Positions 1-8,975 of a stretch of DNA of 64,000 nucleotides are shown here, one piece after another. The notes beneath the pieces were generated by a model that was not told the origin of the DNA, did no database searches, and saw only the letters and a program-made list of their open reading frames with translations. The translations under genes and the position numbers were made by a program. Every line of letters starts with the position of its first letter. The stretch's first letter is position 1. Origin of the DNA: an uncultured Nitrososphaerota archaeon (GTDB taxonomy: Archaea > Thermoproteota > Nitrososphaeria > Nitrososphaerales > Nitrosopumilaceae); NCBI GenBank assembly GCA_963701075.1, contig OY969559.1, positions 1,568,001 to 1,632,000 on the forward strand. The letters are read 5' to 3'.

Positions 1-253
1 TTTCAACTTCGGATAACGATTCCTTGATTGCCTTACCCATCTCTTTTGTTGCAGTAAGTGCCAACTGTTGTTTGTTTTTTCGCAAAACATCAGCAAAAAT
101 ATTGATAAAATCAGATCTTCTTTTGATATCTCTTTTCCAATCAGAAAAGGCCTTTTTTGATTTTTCTATTTTTTTATCCAGTTCGTCTTTTGTTATAACA
201 TCGTATTGTGCCAAAACCTCCTCTGTTGTAGGATTAACTGTCTTGATTACCAT
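1..253 (-). CDS. NAD(P)-dependent aldehyde dehydrogenase (succinate-semialdehyde dehydrogenase-like), 5' part, runs off window
   Basis: Manual translation from ATG 253: MVIKTVNPTTEEVLAQY...KAFSDWKR...LTATKEMGKAIKESLSEVE. TVNPTT and EMGK are typical ALDH N-terminal motifs. Absent from the ORF track because it is truncated. Confidence 0.85.
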   Translation of the reverse strand, partial: MVIKTVNPTTEEVLAQYDVITKDELDKKIEKSKKAFSDWKRDIKRRSDFINIFADVLRKNKQQLALTATKEMGKAIKESLSEVE

Positions 254-263
254 ACCAGGGTAA
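247..263. promoter_or_regulatory. TTACC-N7-GGTAA palindrome over the ALDH start codon
   Basis: TTACCATACCAGGGTAA; same arms and spacing as the sites at 4991 and 5011. Confidence 0.4.
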
Positions 264-360
264 AATAAGGCGTCGTATATAATCCTCCAACTGCCTGGTT
301 GCAAGCGAGTAATTTGCAATTTTTGAAGCTTTTAATATTTTAATCAATAAGGCATACCAT

Positions 361-1458
361 ATGCAATCTCTCTCCTCTCGTGAAAAGCAAAACTTGCAGT
401 TTGAGACAGTTCTCATCTTGCAGGGAGGAGGATCTCTCGGGGCTTATGAATGCGGGGTCTACAAGGCCTTATACAGACATGGAATCAAGTTCGACATAGT
501 AGCAGGAACTTCTATTGGAGCAGTTAATGCGTCTATTATTACAGGAAGTAGAAGCGACGATCCGGCAAAGGCATTGGAGGAGTTTTGGCTGGATTTGGCA
601 GAAGGTGTAACTTCCTCTAGCTTGCCTGACAAGATACGACCATACTTTGCATCAATGTATTCTGCAGTTTTTGGAAACCCCAAAATGTTCTTTCCAAAAT
701 GGTTTATTCCAAGTGCAGATTATTTTATGCCGTATTTTTGGCAATACATTTACGACATAGCCCCCCTCAAGAAAACATTAAACCAGTATGTCGATTTTCA
801 AAGGATTCAAAGCTCCGATAAGCCAAGACTCATAATAACATCCACCGATGTCCAAAATGCAAAGCCTTCTGTTTTTGATAGCGAGTATGACAATATCGAA
901 GCAGATCACGTACTTGCCAGTGCAGGGTATCCATTTTATGGCATATCATGGACCCAAAAGAGCGGAAAATATCTCTGGGATGGGACTCTTTTGAGCAACA
1001 CACCTCTTCGTGAAGTGATAAATGCTTCACCAAAACACGACAAGAAAGTTTACGTGGTAGATCTCTTTCCAAAAAATCAGCCCGAGCTTCCAAATAACAT
1101 GTTTGAAGTCTGGCACAGAGCAAGAGACATCATACATACTGATAAGACAGAGCATAACATACACATGTCAAGGATAATCACTCGCTACCTGAAATTAATA
1201 CGAGAGATGCATGAAATTCTTAGTTCTTCCACACTTGACGAAAAGGCCAAATCCAAACTTGCACTGTTAGAACTAGAATATCACAAGCTTGCCTCAGAAC
1301 GAGGTAGCATCATAGAGCAGATAGTAAAAATACAACGTCATGAACATGCTCATTTTCTCTTAGAAGATGCAGATTTTTCAATTGCTACAATAAGAGAATT
1401 GATAGAAAAAGGCGAAAGAGATGCAAAGGAAGCGCTCGCTACAAACAGCGTGGAATAG
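361..1458 (+). CDS. Patatin-like phospholipase (candidate PHA depolymerase)
   Basis: Motifs LQGGGSLG, GTSIG (nucleophile) and WDG; adjacent to PHA genes. Confidence 0.9.
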   Translation: MQSLSSREKQNLQFETVLILQGGGSLGAYECGVYKALYRHGIKFDIVAGTSIGAVNASIITGSRSDDPAKALEEFWLDLAEGVTSSSLPDKIRPYFASMYSAVFGNPKMFFPKWFIPSADYFMPYFWQYIYDIAPLKKTLNQYVDFQRIQSSDKPRLIITSTDVQNAKPSVFDSEYDNIEADHVLASAGYPFYGISWTQKSGKYLWDGTLLSNTPLREVINASPKHDKKVYVVDLFPKNQPELPNNMFEVWHRARDIIHTDKTEHNIHMSRIITRYLKLIREMHEILSSSTLDEKAKSKLALLELEYHKLASERGSIIEQIVKIQRHEHAHFLLEDADFSIATIRELIEKGERDAKEALATNSVE

Positions 1459-1562
1459 TAGATCGCAAGATAGAGTAGAAAAACAGACCAAAGACAATTT
1501 ACACAGTGTCAAATGATTATAACGAAAAAGACTTATCATGCATGCTTTCTCCCTACATATAG

Positions 1563-2161
1563 TTGCAAACCAAGTTTGCAGATGTCTGGGGGCACAAAGT
1601 AAGATACTTGGAGGAAGGCAAGTCAGGTAAAACGATCCTGCTTATCCATGGATTAGGCGGTTCTGCAGAGAGATGGTTAAAAGTCATCCCTATTTTGAGC
1701 CCAAAGTACAGGGTTATCGCCCCCGATATGATCGGTTTTGGATATAGCGACAAGCCTTCAGTTGACTATACAATAGAATTTTTTGGCAAGTTCCTATCTG
1801 CTTTTATTGATACATTAGGCCTAAAAACAGCGATTCTGGTAGGTACCTCTCTTGGAGGGCAGATTGCAGCAGAATGTACTAACACCAATCATGCCATAGA
1901 AAAGTTAGTCCTTGTTTCCCCTTCTGGGGCCATGAAACAGTCTACTGCAGCTGTAGACGCATACATGATGGCTGCTCTCTATCCCAATCATGCAAGTGCT
2001 AGAACTGCATTTGAGATGATGGCCAATTCAGGTACAGTTGACGAGTTTACAGTATCTGATTTTGTAAAAAGAATGTCCATTCCAAACGCAAAGCTTGCGT
2101 TTATCTCTTCAGTCCTAGGAATAAAGAACTCGAAGATAGATGAAAGTTTGCAGAAGATCTG
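1563..2161 (+). pseudogene. Alpha/beta-hydrolase, N-terminal ~199 codons, cut by the inversion (ORF reads on to 2339 through antisense sequence)
   Basis: HGLGG and GTSLGG motifs. Aligns with paralog 5655-6458 up to ESLQKI, then loses similarity; catalytic Asp and His are missing. Confidence 0.9.
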
Positions 2162-2299
2162 CATGTTTGTAGGTAAAAGGGATTCTATCTTCTCAATTAC
2201 ATTAGTGGCATTAGTGTGCATAATGTCACAAACAGAAATAGTTGACTTGTTCTCAACAGTATCAGGATTTGTAGGCTGTGGTCTCTTTTGCGCCATCAC
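2157..2299 (-). pseudogene. N-terminal part of a split phasin-like helical protein
   Basis: MAQKRPQ...SVCDIMHTNATNVIEKIESLLPTNMQ joins in frame to 5235-5553 on re-inversion. Confidence 0.8.
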
Positions 2300-2506
2300 C
2301 TGCTATACTATGAGGTATCTTTTAATGATTTGTGGGTGAGGTGTGTTAAGATTCGAACTGGGATAAAACCACTCCTTTTGAATATCCGTACAGCAACTAT
2401 TCCTTCTTTGTTAATCGTTATCTAATATCGATGAGACACTCTGTGATCTTTATCTCAATACAAAGTAGCAATCTCTATAAGATGTGAATGTTACTTAATA
2501 CACTTA

Positions 2507-3085
2507 ATGAGTTATACGGAAGAGTATAAGAAATCATTAGGGTATTACAAGCATGTCTCCCTATTTTGGACAGATTTGATATCTCTGATGTCAAGTAGGC
2601 CACAATCGCTCATGTCCACAGGACCCTTTAGGAAACTAGGTGTTAATGCCAAAAAGGCCAGTGCTGAAATGATAGAGATCAACCAAGGGCTGGCTGAATT
2701 TAATGTAAGACTTGGTGAATATTATAAACAACTCATAGATACGTGGAATGAGGCACAAAAACAATTTAGCAAAAAAGTGCCAGAGATTCCAACCGATACG
2801 GAACATCTTGACGCTACCAAGCGTATCTGGATAGACATATTCGAAAATTACTTTACAAGACTGTTTGATTCTCAGGAATTTGCAGAAAACTTTGGAAAAC
2901 TAGTATCAAGTGAACTTGATCTTGCAAAACACTGGAATAATGTAGCATCGCTCATGTTGGAGACTGTTAACATGCCAACAAAGAAAGAAATTGACGAGCT
3001 GTATAAAGAATTACACTTGTTGCGAAAAAGAGTTGCCAAACTTGAAAAAATATCTAATCATGGAGGAAATGGAAATGGAAAGTGA
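2507..3085 (+). CDS. phaE: Class III PHA synthase subunit PhaE
   Basis: C-terminal NMPTKKEIDELYKELHLLRKRV motif; overlaps phaC. Confidence 0.85.
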   Translation: MSYTEEYKKSLGYYKHVSLFWTDLISLMSSRPQSLMSTGPFRKLGVNAKKASAEMIEINQGLAEFNVRLGEYYKQLIDTWNEAQKQFSKKVPEIPTDTEHLDATKRIWIDIFENYFTRLFDSQEFAENFGKLVSSELDLAKHWNNVASLMLETVNMPTKKEIDELYKELHLLRKRVAKLEKISNHGGNGNGK

Positions 3086-4145
3086 ACTTAGAATAGACCC
3101 CCGTATATTGGAGGAGTTTCTACAAATGAACAGAAATATTCTTGATGCGCCAAAGTTGGTTGCGGCGCCAGATGAGATCAGCATGGAAATGACCCCATAC
3201 GATGTTGTGTATTCTGAAGGAAAGATGAGATTATTACATTTTAATTCTTCCCAGAAAAAACAGGTAAAAACTCCTCTTTTGATTACATATGCTTTGATAA
3301 ACAGATATCATATCCTAGATATTCATCCGCAAAAAAGCTGGGTGAGAAATATGTTAGAACAAGGTCTAGATGTATATTTGATAGATTGGGGAACCCCGAC
3401 TACTATGGATAGATATCTTGGTTTTGATGATTATGTAAATGGCTACATGGACAACTGTGTAGACTTTATTCTTAACGAGTCAGGTGTTGATAAGGTCTCA
3501 ATGCAAGGATACTGTACGGGAGGCACTCTTGCTACAGTTTACGCGTCACTGTATCATGAAAAAATAAAAAACTTGATTTTAACGGCTCCAGTAATTGACG
3601 GGAGCAGGGATAGTACAGTGGTAGCAAACTTGGCAAAACATATGGATGTGGACAAGATGGCTGATATCGTAGGAAATGTACCTCCTGAATTCATGTATTA
3701 CGTGTTCTCTATTCTCAAGCCCTTCGAACAGGGCCTTGAAAAATATGTCCAATTCTTTAAAAATATTCACAACAAAGAGTATGTCGAAAACTTTATCCGA
3801 GTGGAAAAATGGCTAAGCGATACCCCGCCTATTCCGGGCGAACTTTTCAGGGAATGGGTAAAGAATGTCTACCAGGACAATTTACTGATTAGGAACCAAA
3901 TGCATGTATCGGGCAGGCAGATAAATCTCAAAAATATATCCATGCCTGTCTTTACTCAAGTGGCAGTGGGAGATCATCTGGTATCTCCAGAATGCAGTAT
4001 GCCAATACACTATGCGGTGTCTAGTGAAGACAAAACGTTGAGAATGTATGCTACCGGGCATGTAGGTATGATAGCAAGCTCATTTTCTCAAAAAAAGGTA
4101 CTACCAGAACTAGGTCAATGGATAAAAGAAAGATCTGAAAAATAA
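3075..4145 (+). CDS. phaC: Class III PHA synthase subunit PhaC
   Basis: TPYDVVY, PLLITYALINR, IDWG, catalytic box GYCTGG, GDHLV and TGHVG. GGAGG at 3062 supports a start at 3075. Confidence 0.95.
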   Translation: MESELRIDPRILEEFLQMNRNILDAPKLVAAPDEISMEMTPYDVVYSEGKMRLLHFNSSQKKQVKTPLLITYALINRYHILDIHPQKSWVRNMLEQGLDVYLIDWGTPTTMDRYLGFDDYVNGYMDNCVDFILNESGVDKVSMQGYCTGGTLATVYASLYHEKIKNLILTAPVIDGSRDSTVVANLAKHMDVDKMADIVGNVPPEFMYYVFSILKPFEQGLEKYVQFFKNIHNKEYVENFIRVEKWLSDTPPIPGELFREWVKNVYQDNLLIRNQMHVSGRQINLKNISMPVFTQVAVGDHLVSPECSMPIHYAVSSEDKTLRMYATGHVGMIASSFSQKKVLPELGQWIKERSEK

Positions 4146-4168
4146 AAAAAGAGTTAGATACTAACTAA

Positions 4169-4585
4169 CTAATTTCTTGTTGGTGTCCATGCTGAGAACC
4201 AAGATTGCAGTATGTTTGCATTCATATCAGAAAACGCTTTTGTGTTGTCGTTGAATGTCTTTACGTTTTGTCTGATTGCATCAATTGTTGCTAGTACTGC
4301 TTTGCTTTGGACAGAACCTGTCTTGACTATCTCTTCTGTTGCATCATTAACTATTTTGAAGTATGCTGATGGTACATTTGTAGATAGACCTGTTCTTGAA
4401 GTATATTCATGTTGCATTGAAATTGCATTCTCGATTGTATTTTTACATGCTGTTGCATATTCTTGCTGTAGATTGGTTACTGCTTGTAAACACTGTGCAA
4501 CATTCTTCTCTGCTTCATCAAAGCATCGGTTAACATTCTGCTTGTACACTGCAAAGATCTCTTTTGTCTCTGTTGTCTTACTCAT
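4169..4585 (-). CDS. phaP: Phasin-like PHA granule protein
   Basis: 138-aa amphipathic helical protein in the PHA cluster, coupled (ATGA overlap) to the AbrB gene. Confidence 0.7.
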   Translation of the reverse strand: MSKTTETKEIFAVYKQNVNRCFDEAEKNVAQCLQAVTNLQQEYATACKNTIENAISMQHEYTSRTGLSTNVPSAYFKIVNDATEEIVKTGSVQSKAVLATIDAIRQNVKTFNDNTKAFSDMNANILQSWFSAWTPTRN

Positions 4586-5001
4586 TCTTTCACCTCCTCT
4601 TTTTGTTTTCTCCTTTCGACCGGTATGACAATTACTTGTACAAGGTCTTCTTCCTTGATTCCAAGAGCTTCTCGTTCTGCTTCCGGTATCGAAATGCGAC
4701 CATTACTTCCTACTGACGTTTTGAAGGTACCCCATGATAGGAGCGAGGGTAGTAGCTGTGAAGGGTTGAACATGTTGTACATTCCCTTTGACTGCATATC
4801 TGTAAAATTTTGGACAAAATCGGACTGTGCTTTTGTAGTCTTGTTTGTTATTTCTTTTAGTGTTTCAAGCGGATTGATTTGGTTGTTTCTGCTCATCATC
4901 TCGCCAAAAGTCTTCATGAAATCCATCTGTGCCTTTCCACTTCGTTGTATCCACTCGTGGAACATCTCAGTCGGATCGTATTGGTTGTTATTACCAGTCA
5001 T
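4582..5001 (-). CDS. AbrB/MazE/SpoVT-domain regulator, PhaR-like
   Basis: C-terminal FKTSVGSNGRISIPEAEREALGIKEEDLVQVIV; arrangement resembles haloarchaeal phaR-phaP. Confidence 0.85.
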   Translation of the reverse strand: MTGNNNQYDPTEMFHEWIQRSGKAQMDFMKTFGEMMSRNNQINPLETLKEITNKTTKAQSDFVQNFTDMQSKGMYNMFNPSQLLPSLLSWGTFKTSVGSNGRISIPEAEREALGIKEEDLVQVIVIPVERRKQKEEVKE

Positions 5002-5032
5002 TGGTAATAGTTACCAGTAACTGGTATTTAAC
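4991..5032 (-). promoter_or_regulatory. Tandem palindromic operator plus TATA box of the AbrB-phaP operon
   Basis: TTACCAGTCATTGGTAA (4991-5007) and TTACCAGTAACTGGTAT (5011-5027), 20 bp apart. TTAAATA on the minus strand lies ~25-31 nt upstream of ATG 5001. Confidence 0.7.
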
Positions 5033-5234
5033 TCTTGGCCAAAATGAGTCTTGAATCTAGGAACTCTAGTATGGATTCGGAGAATATGTCTGGCTTTTCC
5101 ACATGTGGCAAGTGACCGCAGTCGTCTAACTCTAGGAACTTGCAATTCCTAATTGAGGAGACAAATTGCTTAGCATGCTCAATGGGTATCACTCTGTCTT
5201 CTTTTCCCCACACCAATAATGTGGGCACCCAGAT
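5028..5234 (-). pseudogene. Alpha/beta-hydrolase C-terminal fragment (catalytic Asp/His) of the gene starting at 1563
   Basis: IWVPTLLVWGKEDRVIP...CGHLPHVEKP matches the C-terminus of paralog 5655-6458. Confidence 0.9.
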
Positions 5235-5553
5235 GTATTCGGATTTTTACACAGAATACCTACATTCATTACAAGATCTTTTTGGAGCATGCTATATAGC
5301 AGAAAACGAAATTTTATCCAAGATGGGAATTGACCAGAAAGATCTCCAGTCCTTTGACACATATACCAAGACAGCTACCAGATCAACAATCGTTCAAATT
5401 GAAATGGCTAACAATATTCAAAAAACATATTTACAAACTCAGATATCAGCCATTAAAACACTTGATGAGTACATACGTCTTACACTTGATTATTATTCTA
5501 GGATGCTTTCCATGTCTCTCAACTCTCCTTTTCAGAAAATTTCAAACCACTAG
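5230..5553 (+). pseudogene. C-terminal part of the split phasin-like protein
   Basis: QMYSDFYTEYLHSLQDLFGACYIAENE... is a helical protein whose upstream in-frame sequence is antisense hydrolase. Confidence 0.8.
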
Positions 5554-5654
5554 TTCCTTTTTCTCAAGACAATGCCTTTAGTTGTAGTTAGATTCAATAA
5601 ATTGCCAAAATTGGTAAATAATATAGCTCGACAAAAACTTATGTAACGATTAAA

Positions 5655-6458
5655 TTGACCAAATTATACATGCAAGAGAAATATATCACAGTCAACGGAA
5701 ATAAGATAAGGTATATTGAAGAAGGAGACTCGAAAAATACCATAATTTTACTTCATGGCTTAGGAGGAATAGCAGAGAGATGGTTACCTGTAGTTCCGCT
5801 TCTGAGTAAAAAATACAGAGTGATTGCACTTGATTTGATCGGATACGGTCAAAGTGATAAACCACAGGTAGATTACACACCAGAGTTCTTCAGAGATTCT
5901 GTACTTGGCTTTCTAGAAACATTGTCATTGCAGAAGACTGTTATGGTGGGTACATCTCTCGGAGGGGAGATAGTGGCGGAATGTGCAGCTACACAAAATC
6001 CTTTGATTAAAAAAATAGTTATGGTGGCACCGGCTGGCATAATGAAGAGTCACACTCCTGTTCTTGATGCATATACAATGGCTGCACTATATCCAAATCA
6101 CGAATCTGTAAAAATAGCATATCAGATGATGATGGGAGAAAATAAAGAGATAAGTCCCCAGTCAGTTGAAAACTTCATTTCGAATATGACTAGACCCAAC
6201 TCCAAGATGGTGTTTCTTTCCACACTTTTAGGGATGAAAAACTCTCCTGTCATAACAGAGAAACTAAAGCTAATCAAAGTACCTACGCTTCTCATATGGG
6301 GAAAGGAAGACAAGATGATTCCAATAGAATATTCCAAAGAGTTTGTGAGCTCAATTCCAGGTTGCGATTTTGTAGTTATGAATGGATGCGGACATACGCC
6401 ATACGAAGAAAAACCCAATGAATTTTCAAAACTAGTGCTTGACTTTTTATCCAGGTAG
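5655..6458 (+). CDS. Alpha/beta-hydrolase, intact paralog (likely start ATG 5670)
   Basis: HGLGG, GTSLGG, WGKED and CGHTP give a complete triad. Confidence 0.92.
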   Translation: MTKLYMQEKYITVNGNKIRYIEEGDSKNTIILLHGLGGIAERWLPVVPLLSKKYRVIALDLIGYGQSDKPQVDYTPEFFRDSVLGFLETLSLQKTVMVGTSLGGEIVAECAATQNPLIKKIVMVAPAGIMKSHTPVLDAYTMAALYPNHESVKIAYQMMMGENKEISPQSVENFISNMTRPNSKMVFLSTLLGMKNSPVITEKLKLIKVPTLLIWGKEDKMIPIEYSKEFVSSIPGCDFVVMNGCGHTPYEEKPNEFSKLVLDFLSR

Positions 6459-6476
6459 GGGAGTCATGATTTTTCC

Positions 6477-6821
6477 TTGATAAAAATAAAAAGGGTTTAC
6501 GAGTCCTCATCTGAAGAAGACGGTTTTAGAATTCTCATCGATAGACTGTGGCCGCGTGGATTATCAAAAGAATCTGCGCAGATAGATGCATGGTTAAAAG
6601 ATATAGCGCCTAGCGATAATCTCAGAAAGTGGTTTTCTCACGATCCAAAAAAATGGATCGAGTTCAAGAAAAGATACTATAAAGAACTCGAGGAGAAAAA
6701 AGACATAGTTTCAAAGATCAGGTTGTTTGAAAAAGAAAAGAGAATGGTGACATTTCTCTATTCTGCAAAAGATAAAGAACACAATAACGCGGTTTTTCTA
6801 CAAGAATATATGCAAAAATAG
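6477..6821 (+). CDS. DUF488/YeaO family protein
   Basis: IKIKRVYE...DGFRILIDRLWPRG...IAPSDNLRKWF...HNNA signature. Confidence 0.9.
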   Translation: MIKIKRVYESSSEEDGFRILIDRLWPRGLSKESAQIDAWLKDIAPSDNLRKWFSHDPKKWIEFKKRYYKELEEKKDIVSKIRLFEKEKRMVTFLYSAKDKEHNNAVFLQEYMQK

Positions 6822-6916
6822 ATCAAGATCAGATACTAAGCAAGCACATACTAAATCAAAATAAACCAATTATAGACAAAATAATTATTTTGTACTTGTT
6901 ATCTTACACAATATTC

Positions 6917-7054
6917 ATGTATCATGCCGATAATTTTAGATACATGGGTAGCAAACAAAGCGATGAGTTTCTTGACGAGGAACCAGAAGATAGCGAAGAA
7001 GACACAGAATACCTAAATGATGAATTCGAGGAAGACGGTTCAAAAGACAAATGA
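6917..7054 (+). CDS. Small acidic protein (45 aa; alternative start 6944)
   Basis: Manual translation MYHADNFRYMGSKQSDEFLDEEPEDSEEDTEYLNDEFEEDGSKDK; below the ORF-track cutoff. Confidence 0.5.
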   Translation: MYHADNFRYMGSKQSDEFLDEEPEDSEEDTEYLNDEFEEDGSKDK

Positions 7055-7158
7055 GTGCCACAGCACATTAGAAACATATCAGAGATTTACCAAAACGGTA
7101 CATTTGACTGATGAATCATTCGTTCTAATCACTTAAAAGATAGACTGACTTTTAGATT

Positions 7159-7413
7159 GTGTTGAGTGAATCAGAGTATAATTCTCAAATTGAGAAAATT
7201 TCATTGATGATTACTGAGGATAACATGTCGCTTGATGAACAAGATCCCATGAAACTTCAAAAATATTACGACTTTGTGAAAAAACATTTTCACTTGGATG
7301 GCGAACCTGTCATTCAATTAGTTAACGAAGCATTCTTGTATCTAAAACTGAAAAAATCAGATTCCATAGACCCTCTCCAGCATGGAGATGAGTTTGGAGC
7401 AGGCTTTAGCTGA
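7159..7413 (+). CDS. Hypothetical protein
   Basis: 84-aa ORF with protein-like composition, ending DPLQHGDEFGAGFS. Confidence 0.7.
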   Translation: MLSESEYNSQIEKISLMITEDNMSLDEQDPMKLQKYYDFVKKHFHLDGEPVIQLVNEAFLYLKLKKSDSIDPLQHGDEFGAGFS

Positions 7414-7440
7414 ATTAAGAGTTTTTCACAATATACCAGT

Positions 7441-7944
7441 CTACAAACCAAACTTGAACTTGGTCTTTGAGGAAATTGCAATTATTGATAAAATTGATAC
7501 AGCAAGAATAACAAATGACAGAGAACCAAATTCTGGAAGAACTTGTGTTCCTATTATTTCAATTCTTTCAGTGCCATTAGTGAATCCGATTGAAAGAGTT
7601 CTATCAGTGCCTGTTTTGTTTTCATGAAAGTCAGTATAAGTATCATCCACAAGAACAATGAACTGATCATCGTTTGCACCAACCTTTGCATCAATTAGAG
7701 TTCTAGGCAGGTCTATAATCAAATTCCCATCGCTTGTAGAATTTAGTGAAATTACAAGCGACGTTTCATGAGTGCTAATCAGCATATCGTTTATCGTTGC
7801 ACCTGTTATTGTGTAGTTAACGTTGTAAGATTGCCCACCTGCAGGATTCTTTATGACATAGATATTCGTCGATTGTGCAAAGGACGGCGCACTTGCCAAA
7901 GAGATCACAAATACAGCCAAAATCAAATATGGTTTCCAGTGCAC
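7441..7944 (-). CDS. PEFG-CTERM surface protein
   Basis: Signal peptide; IEIIGTQVLPEFG followed by a TM helix and basic tail. Confidence 0.9.
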   Translation of the reverse strand: MHWKPYLILAVFVISLASAPSFAQSTNIYVIKNPAGGQSYNVNYTITGATINDMLISTHETSLVISLNSTSDGNLIIDLPRTLIDAKVGANDDQFIVLVDDTYTDFHENKTGTDRTLSIGFTNGTERIEIIGTQVLPEFGSLSFVILAVSILSIIAISSKTKFKFGL

Positions 7945-8129
7945 AAGAGGTTTGACATTGACCTGTATTTTTCCTTTGCGAGCAATTCGACCTCCAGATT
8001 GTTCCAGAATTCAGAGTCTGTTGTTTTGACTCTCACATACTCAGTTTTGGCTGTCATAGCAATGACTAGTAAAACTAGACGAGGTTTTGATCTGAACACT
8101 TACACCAATTTTTAATTCAAGTTATTATA

Positions 8130-8417
8130 GTGCGTTTTTGCCTTCTAGTAATGAAAGACTTGTCTAATCCAGTCCTGATAAAAAAATTAAAGGAAAAAAT
8201 AAGCCAGAACGAGAACCGCCTACAGAGATTGATGATCGAGTATGAAAACATTTGGGAAGAAACCGGCCTAGATCCAAGAGATTCTTCCTACCTTGTAGAA
8301 AAAACCATGCGTTTTGAGATTGCACAAAAAAATATTACTACCATATTTTCCGCCTTCAAGGATTTAATTGAAAATTACAAGAATCTCTGCCAAGAACTAG
8401 AAAAAATAGATGAATAA
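8130..8417 (+). CDS. Hypothetical coiled-coil protein
   Basis: Stop overlaps the next start (TAATG); likely start 8151. Confidence 0.65.
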   Translation: MRFCLLVMKDLSNPVLIKKLKEKISQNENRLQRLMIEYENIWEETGLDPRDSSYLVEKTMRFEIAQKNITTIFSAFKDLIENYKNLCQELEKIDE

Positions 8418-8966
8418 TGCAAATAATAGAATCTGCCGAGTTATTTGCCAAGGAAAGACATGCTGGCAGGATAAGAAATGACAATACTCCTTACTTGGAT
8501 CATTTGAAAGGAATGGTAAACAGACTGAAAAATCTTGGGATATCAGACCAAGAAGTACTTGCAGCAGCATGGCTACATGGCATCATGGAAGAAACCAACA
8601 CGACATTTGATGAAATTGATAAAAGGTTTGGCAGCAGGATAGCGGTTCTTGTTCTTGCATCACACAAAGACAAAAGCCTTCCAAGGGATCAGGTAGAAAA
8701 ACAGTATATCAAGCAATTAAAGGAATCTCCCATTGAAGCGAAGCTAATCAAGACTTTGTGATATTTCAACAAATCTCAAAGATTTAAAAAACGCCACATG
8801 GTCAAAGACCAAAAAAACAAAACAAGTTAAAAAGAATCTATATTATCTCAATATAATAAAGTTAGAACTATCAAATAATAAAACCCAGTATCCAGAGATT
8901 CAAAATATCGTAAATGGCATAAATGAAGTAATTTCAACACATGGTCAAAGACCAATTGTGTTATAA
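8417..8966 (+). CDS. HD-domain protein (Mesh1/small alarmone hydrolase-like), +1 frameshift at AGACT 8751-8755
   Basis: A-x3-H-x-G-x-x-R...PYLDH...AAWLHG. Removing one A gives LIKLCDISTNLKDL and an open frame to TAA 8966. Confidence 0.8.
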
Positions 8967-8975
8967 TTAGAAGAC

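Larger units (their letters stand above)
2157..5234. other. Inverted segment (~3.08 kb) bounded by 5-bp inverted microhomology ATCTG (2157-2161) / CAGAT (5230-5234)
   Basis: Re-inversion gives ...ESLQK-IW-VPTLLVWGKED... (266-aa hydrolase) and ...LLPTNMQ-M-YSDFYTEY... (153-aa ORF). Both are in frame with no base lost. Confidence 0.9.

Noticed and set aside
2162-2339. Hydrophobic C-terminal tail of ORF 1563-2339 as a real membrane anchor
   Set aside because: It is the antisense reading of the split phasin-like gene created by the inversion.
2345-2400. tRNA T-loop-like CCCAGTTCGAATC on the minus strand
   Set aside because: The T-stem does not close, and no acceptor, D or anticodon arms are present.
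4212-5020. Plus-strand ORFs 4212-4628 and 4625-5020, and similar antisense ORFs throughout
   Set aside because: Shadows of recognisable genes on the opposite strand.
2140-5250. Long invertase-type inverted repeats at the inversion ends
   Set aside because: Manual alignment shows only 5 bp of identity, and no recombinase gene is in the window.
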